DNA of 64,000 nt, taken from IMG/VR virus record IMGVR_UViG_2840619991_000006, positions 52,160 through 116,159 of that record; one strand, given 5' to 3'. The DNA is from a virus. Taxonomy: Duplodnaviria > Caudoviricetes. The translations under genes and the position numbers were made by a program. The notes below the pieces were generated by a model. It worked only from the letters and a program-made list of their open reading frames with translations. It had not been told where the DNA came from and searched no databases. This document shows, one piece after another, positions 9,072 to 18,514 of this stretch (the stretch's first letter is position 1; every line of letters begins with the position of its first letter).

Positions 9072-9998
9072 TCACGCGGTCAAGCGGGCAATCGGAGGCC
9101 GGCTCGGATGGAGGATGAACCCTTCGTCAGCCCCCTCGACCTTGGCGCCGGGGTAAGCGGCAAGGGCGTACTGCATGGCCTGGACGAAGCGCGGCTTGAA
9201 GTGCTTCATCTGGTCATAACCGGCGCCGAACTGGCCGTAGAGGGACGCCCAGGTGATCGGCTGCGGCTTCTGGAGCGAGTGCAGGCGGTAGGCGAGCCAG
9301 ACATAGAGGTCCAAGCTCAGGCTGCGATCCTTGAGCTGGCGAATAGCTTCCTCCAGCAAGGGGACTGGATGATCCTGGAGAGCCTGGAAGAACGTCTCGT
9401 CAAGCTGGACCAGATCTTCCCAAAGAGAGCCTTGCCGTTCATCGGTGGCGTTGTCATGGAAGATCAGGCCGCGCTTGACGATGCCGCCTTTCTCGAACGC
9501 ATCGGCTTCGGCACCATCCCAGAAGAATTTCAGGCCACATGCAGAGATGCGAAGGGACTGTTCCCGGAAGCCTTTGAAGGTTTCCCCGCCGACGCTTATC
9601 CCCATGCGGGTCAGCCAGTCTCGCATCGAGCGCCCGAGCTCGACTTCGCGGCGCCCGGTTCGAATCGCTTGTGTCTGGAGGTAGATCAAAATCATGCGGG
9701 CTCGGGCGCCGTAGGGGACGCCGAACAGCTTCATCTTGCCGTTGACCTTTAACCGGCCTGGCTCGACAAGCAGCGTCACCTGATGGCCGCGCTTTTCCCA
9801 AGGGGCATCGTCGGCGAGCTTCTTGTGTGGCAGACTGGTGAGGCAGAAGCCGGAGTAGGTGATGCCCAGGTTCTGGCGGTCATCGGCGAGGATTTCGGCG
9901 GCGATGTCGACCAGTGGTCGATCTTCCGGACGCACCATGGCCCGAGCGACTTCGCGCCCGTGCTTGATGACCAGTTCGTGTATATCGCCCATGACCAT
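9072..9998 (-). CDS. repA: Plasmid replication initiator RepA (RepA_C / plasmid-encoded RepA family)
   Basis: Motifs FCLTSLPH, GVPYGARARMILIYL, LDLYVWLAYRL, YGQFGAGY; flanked by iterons. Confidence 0.88.
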   Translation of the reverse strand: MVMGDIHELVIKHGREVARAMVRPEDRPLVDIAAEILADDRQNLGITYSGFCLTSLPHKKLADDAPWEKRGHQVTLLVEPGRLKVNGKMKLFGVPYGARARMILIYLQTQAIRTGRREVELGRSMRDWLTRMGISVGGETFKGFREQSLRISACGLKFFWDGAEADAFEKGGIVKRGLIFHDNATDERQGSLWEDLVQLDETFFQALQDHPVPLLEEAIRQLKDRSLSLDLYVWLAYRLHSLQKPQPITWASLYGQFGAGYDQMKHFKPRFVQAMQYALAAYPGAKVEGADEGFILHPSRPPIARLTA

Positions 9999-10046
9999 CC
10001 CTCAACATCTCGCAGCATGCTGCTGGGTGACTGTCCGAGAGTCAAT

Positions 10047-10292
10047 GTGGGGATAAGCGACCAAGCTATTTGTTGGTATTAGGATTCATAACTAGTTGAT
10101 TCGTCGCTTTACCCCACGGGAAAAACCGAGTCGTGCCGCTTCTCCCCACGGTGCGGTCGCTTTACCCCATGGGACAAGAGCGTATTGTCGTTCTGATGGT
10201 CGCCTTACCCCACGGGAAAACGGAGCTGGTCGCTTCTCCCCACGGGATGGAATCTGCGAATCGGGAGGCGAGCTTTGGTCGCTTCTCCCCAC
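10047..10292. repeat. Iteron array / plasmid origin of replication
   Basis: Six direct 15-bp copies resembling GTCGCTTTACCCCAC/GTCGCTTCTCCCCAC at 10103, 10135, 10156, 10199, 10229, 10278; one inverted copy at 10047-10062; AT-rich tract ~10066-10101. Confidence 0.88.
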
Positions 10293-10398
10293 ACCTCGGA
10301 GTCTATATCGTCAGGCAGCCGGGATCGCACGGATTCCGGAAGGTCAGAGTGCTGATCGATTTCTTCGCGGAGCAGTTTTCGTCGAATTCCGGAACTGG

Positions 10399-10755
10399 TC
10401 AGCGAGATGTGGACTGGCCTTTAGTGGCCAAGCGCTGCTCCTGAAATGCAATGCCCCAGTCCCGCATAGCCATCAATACGGGTGTGAGCGTTTGCCCGAA
10501 CGGAGTGAGCGAATACTCCACGCGCGGAGGGACCTCGGCGAACACTTCCCGGGCGACGATCCCGTCGGCTTCAAGGTCGCGGAGTTGCATCGTGAGAGAC
10601 CGCTGGCTCGGGTCCCCGACCAGGCGGCGCAACTCGCCGAAACGACGTGGACCGTCCAGAAGGCGGTAGATGATCATCGGCTTCCACTTGCCTCCGATGA
10701 CGTCGACGGTGGATTCGACAGCGCATTTCTGGCCACCTGTCATTGATCGCTCCAA
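10399..10755 (-). CDS. HxlR family winged-helix transcriptional regulator
   Basis: IGGKWKPMII, RRFGELRR, EVPPRVEYSLT motifs; divergent from the oxidoreductase. Confidence 0.92.
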   Translation of the reverse strand: MERSMTGGQKCAVESTVDVIGGKWKPMIIYRLLDGPRRFGELRRLVGDPSQRSLTMQLRDLEADGIVAREVFAEVPPRVEYSLTPFGQTLTPVLMAMRDWGIAFQEQRLATKGQSTSR

Positions 10756-10854
10756 TCGTGTACTTTCTATCCCTATAGGCGAAACTGTTGCCTACTTGCA
10801 AGTTCGCCTGCGTCGCGCCTAGTTGGAAGCAGACAATTCGAGAGGTGCATCATC

Positions 10855-11850
10855 ATGCGAGCTGCTTTCTACGACAGACAGGGAACTGCGACGGAAGTGC
10901 TGGCGATTGGGGACCTGCCCGATCCGCAGCCGGGAGCCGGGGAGGTCCGGGTGAGGGTAGTCGCCTCCGGCATCAATCCTTCCGACATCAAGACGAGGAC
11001 CGGTTTTGGAGGCAAGGCTATGCCGTTCCCGCGGATTGTGCCGCATCAGGACGGAGCGGGGGTCATTGATGATGTCGGCCCCGGCGTGCCTGAAGAGCGC
11101 ATCGGCGAGCGGGTCTGGGTCTACATGGCGCAGACGGGGAGGGCGTTCGGTACCGCGGCCGAATTCGTTGTCGTGCCTTCCGTGCAGGCCGTCAAGCTTG
11201 CGGGCAACGTGTCGTTCGAGATCGGCGCGTCCCTCGGCGTCCCGGCGATGACTGCTCACCGGTGCTTGTTTGCGGACGGTGACCTGCGCGGCAAGCGGGT
11301 TCTCGTCCAGGGAGGAGCGGGCGCCGTGGGTAATGCGGCGATCCTCCTTGCGAAATGGGCGGGGGCGTGGGTGGCGGCGACGGTGAGCCGCGACGAACAG
11401 GCCGATGTCGCGCGAGCGGCCGGTGCCGATCTCGTCGTCAACAGGCATGAGGAAAACGTCTCCCAGGCAGTAAGATTTGCGACCGTCGGCCACGGCGTCG
11501 ACCGCATCGTTGACGTGGACATCGCCGCCAACATTGACTTAGCGATCGCCTGTCTCGCATGCGACGGCGTCATCTCAGCCTATTCGACGAAATCGCCGGA
11601 TGCCTCTCTCACAATCCCGTTCTTCCCGGCACTGCTAGGCGGCTTCTCGTTCCGTTTCGTCTACGTCTACACCATGCCGGAAGCAGCGATGCGGCAGGCG
11701 GTCGAGGAGGTCTCCGCCTGTGCCGCGTCCGGGGCATATGCCCCTCGGATCGCCAAGACATATGATCTCGACGCAGTGGCCGAAGCACACGAGTTCCAGG
11801 ATAGCGGCAAGGCGGTCGGGAAAATCCTCGTCCAATTGCAGAACTCGTGA
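10855..11850 (+). CDS. NADPH:quinone reductase (MDR / zeta-crystallin family)
   Basis: GINPSD, PHQDGAG, GGAGAVG nucleotide-binding motif, GKILV end. Confidence 0.92.
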   Translation: MRAAFYDRQGTATEVLAIGDLPDPQPGAGEVRVRVVASGINPSDIKTRTGFGGKAMPFPRIVPHQDGAGVIDDVGPGVPEERIGERVWVYMAQTGRAFGTAAEFVVVPSVQAVKLAGNVSFEIGASLGVPAMTAHRCLFADGDLRGKRVLVQGGAGAVGNAAILLAKWAGAWVAATVSRDEQADVARAAGADLVVNRHEENVSQAVRFATVGHGVDRIVDVDIAANIDLAIACLACDGVISAYSTKSPDASLTIPFFPALLGGFSFRFVYVYTMPEAAMRQAVEEVSACAASGAYAPRIAKTYDLDAVAEAHEFQDSGKAVGKILVQLQNS

Positions 11851-12010
11851 CGCGCGCCGTTGACAACCACTCGGCTGCAATCCAGTCGATCCCTAAGCGC
11901 CTGCATGCGTGCAGAGTCGGTGCCGTGAAAATAGCCGTGAAGCCCGTACGGAGTGTCGTTCGCGATGGAAACGGCCTCGTCGTCGCGGTAGGTGATGACC
12001 CGTTGATAAG
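11847..12010 (-). pseudogene. Aldehyde dehydrogenase C-terminal remnant
   Basis: VITYRDDEAVSIANDTPYGL...VVVNG matches the ALDH C-terminus; no N-terminal portion present. Confidence 0.7.
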
Positions 12011-12455
12011 GCAAGACGTTTGCAACTGGTTTGCGTCCGCGCGATGACGCGCGATGCAAAACTTAGAAGTCGGACCCTATTTTGGCAAGGCAGCGCTCAG
12101 CGGAGGCGTACGTCACGCAGCAATCCGGAGAAGCATGAAACCACTGCCGGCCTTGGATGTTGGCGAAGAGAAGGCTGCCTCAGGTCCTGTCGGTTCACCA
12201 GAACGACAAGGGGCATACATGGCTTTCAACCGTCACAGATTCATCTGAAAGAGGCGAAACGTCATGGTCGATCAAAAGACAGCCCCCATTCGGACCGCCA
12301 CGCAAGCCCGTCAAGGCAGCACCAAACACGTCGGTCGGTATGTGCTTGGGATAAGTCTACCGCTTGCGATTATCGCGATGATAGCCGTTTACATGCTCGT
12401 GTTCTGAGCAGCACGGATAATCACTCCCGTATCCTTGTTTTGTCGGAGAGAGACT

Positions 12456-12740
12456 GTGAGCATTCAATGCCGGTGCCTCCTCATCCGTGAAGGAGAGGCA
12501 CCCATCTGGAGCGAGAAGGGGTTCCGCTTGCCACCAAGTAGGGGCGACGGTGTTCAGTTCGAGGAAAATGGAACGCCATTCACGTTCCAGGTCACGGAGA
12601 TCCTGCACACGCTATCTCTGGATGGTGTGGATTTCGCGCTGATCCTCACCGAAGTGCCTGGGTCACGGGGCAAGCCATTCCGGGTATTGTTCGAAGATCA
12701 AGCCCGCACCACCGGCACGTCGTCCAGCTCCGTCGTGTAG
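12456..12740 (+). CDS. Small hypothetical protein
   Basis: GTG after GGAGAG; beta-rich protein-like sequence; 3' end overlaps umuC. Confidence 0.4.
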   Translation: MSIQCRCLLIREGEAPIWSEKGFRLPPSRGDGVQFEENGTPFTFQVTEILHTLSLDGVDFALILTEVPGSRGKPFRVLFEDQARTTGTSSSSVV

Positions 12741-13972
12741 GAGGGCGACCGGCTGTCCTGGCGCATCCGCCAAGCCCGGCCGATGGTAGCCGCCGGCACC
12801 AGCGTGTCCCGGCCCATCCGGCTGTTGATCGCGTCCATCGCCGCCATGAGCCGGGCGCCGCGCGCCCGATCGGCAGCGGCCAGAAGGTCCGGCTGCACCT
12901 TGGTCACCGGCACCAGCCCGGTCAGGATCACCCCGGCCTTGGACATGGCGAACCCGTCGCGCCAGATCCGTTTTGCGCCGGCCGTCGCCGCAGCGATCAG
13001 CGCGAAGGTGTCGTCGGTCGCCGGCCGCAGTTCGACGGTCGCTGCGTTGCTGTAGGTCGGGCCTGGCCGGAAGGGGCTGGTGTGCATGAAGACCTGGAGG
13101 GCTTCGGCGGCCAGCCTTTCGGCGCGCAACTTCTCCCCGGCCCTGGTGGCGTAGGACGCCACCGCCTCCCGCATCGGTTCCCACTCCGTGACCGGCGTCC
13201 CGAAGCTGCGGGTTACCGCCGTCGTCTTGCGCGGCGCCGGCGCCTGATCGAGCGGCAGGCAGGACAGCCCGCGCAGCTCGTAGACGATTCGCTCCCCGAC
13301 CACGGTCAGCACCTGCCGGGCGCGCCGGGGCTCCATGTCGCGCAGATCCGCCGCGGTCTTGACGCCCAACATGCCCAGCTTCTCGGCGCTGCGCCGGCCG
13401 ATCCCCCAGACGTCCTCGACCGGCACCACGCGCAGCACATGCTCGCGCTCCGATTCGCGGCCAAGGTCGCAGACGCCACTGTCGTCCAGCAGCGCCTTCT
13501 TCGCGGCATGATTACTGACCTTGGCGAGCGTCTTGGTCGGCCCGATCCCGACGCAGGTCGGAATGCCGGTCCACCTTCGGACCGTCGCTCGGATCTCTGC
13601 GGCATAAGCCAGCAGGTCCCGGCCCTCGAAGCCGCTCAAATCGAGGAACGACTCGTCGATGCTGTAGACCTCCAGCCGCGGGGTAAAGCCGCGCAGGCAG
13701 TCCGTCACCCGGGCCGACAGGTCGCCGTACAGCGAGTAGTTGGAGGACAGCACCCGCACCCGATGTTGGCGGACCAACTCGCGCACCTCGAACAGTGGCT
13801 GGCCCATCTTCACGCCCAGGGCCTTCAGCTCGGCAGACCGGGCGACGAAGCAGCCGTCGTTGTTGCTCAGCACGCCGACCGGGACGCCTTCGAGCCGGGG
13901 ATCGAAAACCCTTTCGCAGCTCACGTAGAAATTATTGCAGTCCACCAGTCCGTAGACCCGCGGCGGCGCCAT
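12698..13972 (-). CDS. umuC: Y-family DNA polymerase V catalytic subunit UmuC
   Basis: [29 protein letters not shown]-terminal SPSYTT. Confidence 0.95.
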   Translation of the reverse strand: MAPPRVYGLVDCNNFYVSCERVFDPRLEGVPVGVLSNNDGCFVARSAELKALGVKMGQPLFEVRELVRQHRVRVLSSNYSLYGDLSARVTDCLRGFTPRLEVYSIDESFLDLSGFEGRDLLAYAAEIRATVRRWTGIPTCVGIGPTKTLAKVSNHAAKKALLDDSGVCDLGRESEREHVLRVVPVEDVWGIGRRSAEKLGMLGVKTAADLRDMEPRRARQVLTVVGERIVYELRGLSCLPLDQAPAPRKTTAVTRSFGTPVTEWEPMREAVASYATRAGEKLRAERLAAEALQVFMHTSPFRPGPTYSNAATVELRPATDDTFALIAAATAGAKRIWRDGFAMSKAGVILTGLVPVTKVQPDLLAAADRARGARLMAAMDAINSRMGRDTLVPAATIGRAWRMRQDSRSPSYTTELDDVPVVRA

Positions 13973-13977
13973 GGCTG

Positions 13978-14406
13978 TCAGCGCCGATGCAGGCGGATGG
14001 TGCTCGTGATCACGCCCCAGATTTCAAATTCGGGCCGGTCGGTGACCTCGACCGGACGGTATGCGGTATCATCCGAGTCCGGCACCAGCCACACGCGGGC
14101 ACCACGCTTCAGCAGGCGCTTGCACGTCAGTTCGCCATCCAGCACCGCGACAATCACGTCATCGTGACGCGCGGTCAGCGACCGATCGACAATGGCGAGG
14201 TCGCCATCATGGATGCCAGCGCGGACCATGGAATGACCGGAGACGCGCAAGGTGAAGGTGGCGGAAGGGTGGGGGACCAGCACCTCGGCGAGATCGATCC
14301 GGCCTTCCACGTAGTCCGCCGCGGGCGACGGGAATCCCGCCGGCACCACGGCCTCGACAGACACGACCGGGCATGTCCGCATCACTATCGGCTCTGGCAC
14401 CTGCAT
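13978..14406 (-). CDS. umuD: UmuD (S24 peptidase)
   Basis: AGFPSPA cleavage motif, RVSGHSM serine, TCKRL lysine. Confidence 0.93.
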   Translation of the reverse strand: MQVPEPIVMRTCPVVSVEAVVPAGFPSPAADYVEGRIDLAEVLVPHPSATFTLRVSGHSMVRAGIHDGDLAIVDRSLTARHDDVIVAVLDGELTCKRLLKRGARVWLVPDSDDTAYRPVEVTDRPEFEIWGVITSTIRLHRR

Positions 14407-14453
14407 GCTCCCCTCCACCCGCCTGACCTTGTTGGGAGGATGGCGCGGGAAAA

Positions 14454-14468
14454 GAACTTTTCAAGAAC
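14454..14468. promoter_or_regulatory. Alphaproteobacterial LexA (SOS) box upstream of umuDC
   Basis: GAAC-TTTTCAA-GAAC, an exact GAAC-N7-GAAC. Confidence 0.85.
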
Positions 14469-14583
14469 AAAGAGTCGTTGACACCAAAGCTGAGGGCGCG
14501 AGTACCGTGACCGACGCCATGCCCGTCCCGGTTCTGGGGCTGCAACGCTGGCTGGGATATAGTTGGCGGATCAGGAACAGGAG

Positions 14584-15267
14584 ATGGGTTTCCCGGAGAT
14601 GAAAGTTGACCTCCTTATCGATGGGGAGAACTTCCGCCCATCCTATTGGCCGTCGATCAAGGCCGCAGCGATACAGTTGGGCCGGGTGCGCTCCGTGATC
14701 GCCTTCTCCTGCATGGAAACAGGTTGGAGTCGGGTTGAGGGCGTAGAAGTTCGACATACTCCTGACTTGAGTGGGAGAAACGCGGCCGATTTCATGCTGG
14801 CGATGCACGCCGCAGTGCTTGCGGAGCGCAAGCGGGTGAAGTCGGTCATCATTGCTTCTGGCGACGATGGATTCGGGGCCGTAGCTCGGCGCCTCAAGGG
14901 GGAGGGAGTGAAGGTGTTTGCCTTCATCCCCCTGACGGATCGGCTTCCCCGCCGACTCGTCACGAACGCGGATCTGACCGTCGTCCTCCCACCTGTGGAC
15001 CCGCTGTTGCTGAAGGCGTCGGATTTGGACCTGGATGGCGGTTGGTCCGCCGACACCGTGCGGTCGGTGCTGGGAATCTGCCCGGCCGACAAGGATGGGT
15101 GGATCTCGCTGAAGACGGCTCGTCGCGCGCTGATCGCATCCGGCCTGATAACCTTGGAGACGAAAAAGTTCATATCTCGCCTGAAGAAAGCGGGGTGCGA
15201 AGTCGTGTCGAATGGGCAAACCGGTATGGTCCGGGTGGTTGCTGAGCCAGCATCTACAGCGACCTGA
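14584..15267 (+). CDS. NYN domain (PIN-like) protein
   Basis: LLIDGEN, GRNAADF, IASGDDGF motifs. Confidence 0.8.
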   Translation: MGFPEMKVDLLIDGENFRPSYWPSIKAAAIQLGRVRSVIAFSCMETGWSRVEGVEVRHTPDLSGRNAADFMLAMHAAVLAERKRVKSVIIASGDDGFGAVARRLKGEGVKVFAFIPLTDRLPRRLVTNADLTVVLPPVDPLLLKASDLDLDGGWSADTVRSVLGICPADKDGWISLKTARRALIASGLITLETKKFISRLKKAGCEVVSNGQTGMVRVVAEPASTAT

Positions 15268-15289
15268 ACTGCTGGCCACCAGAACGAGA

Positions 15290-15495
15290 ACCCAGCTATT
15301 GCGATAGGGGGGCAGCGCCTGCTGGTCCGGCCAAGCATCGCACAGGATCGGCGTCACGCCGCGGGCGACCAGCTCGCCGCACAGGCGGTCACGCGCGGCG
15401 CCCAGCGCCGGGACCAGCGGGCCGGCACCCAGGCTCAGGGTTTCGACAAGGCGATAGTCGGGCACGGCGGTGCGTGCCGGGAACATGGCGTTCAC
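15290..15495 (-). pseudogene. N-terminal remnant of a hypothetical gene
   Basis: The first ~60 codons (MNAMFPARTAVPDYRLVETL...) look protein-like, then the frame runs into the antisense of the NYN gene. Confidence 0.35.
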
Positions 15496-15693
15496 GGTTG
15501 GTATCCTTTAATTGAAGATGGGGGTGGGGTAGTTGGACCGCCGATCTGCAGACATCAGTGCGCAGGATCGATGCGGTTGCGCACCTCGCCAGAACAGATA
15601 CAGGCGCGAGGGCAGCGCCTACATCGAGGTATTTCCGATAGCCTCTTGGAATGGGATAGATAAACGCCTCAACGTCCGCTTGTCGTCTCTTCC

Positions 15694-16212
15694 ATGGAGG
15701 ACGAAATGGACGTTGCTAATTTGATACGATTTGTGCTGACACACATTCCTTTGATCACCTTTCTACTGGCGATCATCATTCCAACTCTCAGCCGGTCTGA
15801 CCGAACCCCGGAAGGCTACCTGTCCTGGCTGCTGCTGCTCGCCGTTGGCGTTGATGCCCTCTGGGCGGGGCTGTTCCATGTGTTCGCTCCCGAGCGCGCC
15901 GCAGCTTTCATCGGATGGACGACAAGCCCGTTTCAGTTCGAGATCGGCGTCGCCGACATAGCGCTGGGGGTGATGGGGGTGCTCGCCTTCCGGAGATCGC
16001 TCGACTTCAAGGCTGCGGTCGTGACCTACGCATCGCTGTTCTACATCGGCGTGGCGTACGGCCACTTTCATCAGATTTGGGTGGCCGGGAACTATGCGCC
16101 TGGGAACGCCGGCATTCTCCTCGTTCTTACCTGCGTCCGGCCGTTCCTCCTGATCATGCTCCTCATCGCGGCACAACGGAAGGCAGTCCTGGCGATGGTT
16201 CTCGGGAGGTAA
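15694..16212 (+). CDS. Integral membrane protein (DUF6790-like)
   Basis: Multiple TM segments; IGWTTSPFQFEIG and GNYAPGNAG motifs. Confidence 0.7.
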   Translation: MEDEMDVANLIRFVLTHIPLITFLLAIIIPTLSRSDRTPEGYLSWLLLLAVGVDALWAGLFHVFAPERAAAFIGWTTSPFQFEIGVADIALGVMGVLAFRRSLDFKAAVVTYASLFYIGVAYGHFHQIWVAGNYAPGNAGILLVLTCVRPFLLIMLLIAAQRKAVLAMVLGR

Positions 16213-16336
16213 GGATTGGTTAGCGGAGCGCTTCTGACTCACATTTCCCAGGAGCGCCGAGGCGATCCCGAAAACAGTCCGCATTGGCTCGGCCTTGAAC
16301 TGGAGAGACGGCGGCCCGGCCATGGTCAAGCCGGTG

Positions 16337-16570
16337 TTATCTCTTCTCCGGTCCCAGCACTCGTTCACGCTCGTGGATCAGCAGCGCGAGAGCCGCCTGG
16401 ACGATTCCCTCCCTGGGGATGTCGCTCAACTCCAACTCCCGGACGGCTTGCTGGACATATTGGGAGACCGCTCGCTCGGCCTGCTCTGGGGGCATTCCGG
16501 CGAGTGTAACCGCCAAGCGCTCCGCCACCGGCTTCATGGCTACGGCAACGATGGCATCGTTCGGTGTCAT
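16337..16570 (-). CDS. Small hypothetical protein
   Basis: GAGGAGG upstream; helical amphipathic sequence. Confidence 0.55.
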   Translation of the reverse strand: MTPNDAIVAVAMKPVAERLAVTLAGMPPEQAERAVSQYVQQAVRELELSDIPREGIVQAALALLIHERERVLGPEKR

Positions 16571-17155
16571 GGAGCGGCCTCCTCACGGGCTTCCTGGTTG
16601 CTCAATCTACTTTCAGTTTAGCGACAGCGAGGCAGTGAAGTGTAGAGGGTTGATTCGCGTGGTTTCAACTGCGTGCGAGCGGGCCGACCAAGCAGCCCAC
16701 TCCATAGGGACGATCTCAGCACCCACCAGAGAAGCCAATCCAGCGCGGAACACTCATGGCCTCAGATATGGCGGGAACGCTCAACAGCGCACATACCTGG
16801 GAGTGCAATTTTTGGCTGTGATATTTTGACAGAAGCTCAATTTCGACTCGACGGTTCTTGGGTTATGGCCTTACCCCTTTTTCGCAGAGCAAGACATTTC
16901 AGGAACGGCCATGTGCCATTATGTTTCGTCAGCGTGCAACTCGGCTTGTCGAGCACTCAAGACGTTGCGAGAGCACAATCAAGCCGCCATCGGCTTTGAA
17001 GCCCGGGAATACCTGATTGGTGTTGAGCGGTGGATAATAGCTTGGACATGCCGCACTCCATTCACCATGCAGGAAATTTCTGAGGGCGCCAGTCACCTGC
17101 ACGAGTGCTCATTATGCCGGGAACAGAAAGGTGAAGAAGGGGCACGACAAGTCCC

Positions 17156-17689
17156 TTACTTCCGCAGCAGCTTGTCCTTGGCGGCAGACCCGGCGCTGGA
17201 GCCGACCCAGTAGGACACCACGGCCGAGGCCATGGTGGTCAGGGCGCCCAGCATCAGCGTAGCGTTCTGGTCGATCGCACCGGCCGGCTGACTCAGCACC
17301 CGGTACAGCACGGCGCCGAACGTCACCAGGACGATGGTCGAGACAACCGGGGCTCCCCAGGAGATGCGGCTGCCGGCCTTCGCCAGTTCGACCGTCTGGG
17401 CGCGGGCGTCGGCCCGGTCCTCGTTGTCCAGCCGCAGCAGCGCCACGACTTGGTCGCCCTGCTGGCGGTACAGCTCGACCAGCTTCGCCGGATCGTTCTG
17501 CACCGCGGCGACGGCCCGCTCGGCATCGGCCGGGGTCTCGATCGGTACACCGGTCACGGCCGAGACGACGGACACCGCGGCGTTGCCGACCTTCTGGGCG
17601 GTCTCGCCGGTGCCTAGGGCGGCCTTGGCGACCTCGGGCAGCAGCACCGGGGCCAGGGCGGTGAGGATCGGGATGAGCAGTGGCAGCAT
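17156..17689 (-). CDS. Putative holin (3TM holin-like)
   Basis: C-terminal TMs ending YWVGSSAGSAAKD, DRADAR motif, lysis-region position. Confidence 0.7.
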   Translation of the reverse strand: MLPLLIPILTALAPVLLPEVAKAALGTGETAQKVGNAAVSVVSAVTGVPIETPADAERAVAAVQNDPAKLVELYRQQGDQVVALLRLDNEDRADARAQTVELAKAGSRISWGAPVVSTIVLVTFGAVLYRVLSQPAGAIDQNATLMLGALTTMASAVVSYWVGSSAGSAAKDKLLRK

Positions 17690-17714
17690 GATGGATGCCC
17701 CTCCTTCGGGCATG

Positions 17715-17746
17715 AAAAAAGCCGCCTCGGCTGGGCCGGGCGGCTG
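17715..17746 (-). terminator. Rho-independent terminator
   Basis: Minus strand AGCCGCCCGG...CCGAGGCGGCT followed by a T-tract. Confidence 0.6.
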
Positions 17747-17813
17747 ATGGGTGAAGGATTGTCAGGATGGAGCGTCAGGCGCATCCTATGTGCACAGGTC
17801 AATGGAGCCCGGC

Positions 17814-18065
17814 ATGCCCAAGCCCCAGTACAGCAGCAGGCTCATGGTCCAGGGATACCTGACACAGGATCAGATCCTGCTCCTGCTGACGGCTGATCCT
17901 GGCACCGGGGAAGTCTACACGCAGAGCGCACACGCCCCCTGCGCGGCCCCGGAGTGGCTCGTGGTGGAGTGCCACGACCGCGGACTGATCACGCCGGGCG
18001 ACGGGCCGGGCCGGTGGCGCCTCAGCGGTGACGGCTGGGACGCCTGGAACGCGCTGCTGGATTGA
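17814..18065 (+). CDS. Small hypothetical protein (winged-helix-like)
   Basis: GGAG RBS; RGLI...WRLSGDG pattern. Confidence 0.5.
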   Translation: MPKPQYSSRLMVQGYLTQDQILLLLTADPGTGEVYTQSAHAPCAAPEWLVVECHDRGLITPGDGPGRWRLSGDGWDAWNALLD

Positions 18066-18322
18066 GGCCGGAACGGGGCAGTCAATCCAGCTCGTCCGCT
18101 GGGATGCCCAACATGGTTAGAAAAGAACGCATAGAGCGATACATCAGGACAGACCATTGAAGACGATCACGTCTTCACTTTTGCGGTATCCAGTTGAGCG
18201 ACGTATTAGGTGATAAGGTTACAAAAATATAAAGGTCGCCGCGCATCGCACGACGACCCTTGACGTTCATCATGTCACTTACTGTAGAGCGCTATCGCAA
18301 TGTTGCGATGCAAAAAATCTAA

Positions 18323-18514
18323 TCAGCGGCGCCCTACTGCAAGGATACCGCTACGGTCAAGCTGCTGAACGAGTTCAGCCTTGACACGATCGGCCTTCAC
18401 CTGCACGAAAGTAACAACGTCACCCTCTTTACCTTCTTTTGTATTAACCAGATCGCTCCAGGTGTCCGTATCGTGCTGGAGAAACACAAAGTCCAACTGG
18501 CGCTTAGGTTCCAT
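18323..18514 (-). CDS. Small hypothetical protein coupled to the deaminase
   Basis: Overlaps the deaminase stop; same low-GC island. Confidence 0.5.
   Translation of the reverse strand: MEPKRQLDFVFLQHDTDTWSDLVNTKEGKEGDVVTFVQVKADRVKAELVQQLDRSGILAVGRR

Noticed and set aside
10047-10292. Short repeats with variable spacers as a CRISPR array
   Set aside because: Repeats are only ~15 bp, irregularly spaced, partly inverted, adjacent to repA, and no cas genes are present; they fit iterons
16600-17213. ORFs 16673..16999 and 16911..17213
   Set aside because: No recognisable motifs, overlapping frames and overlap with the holin; insufficient support
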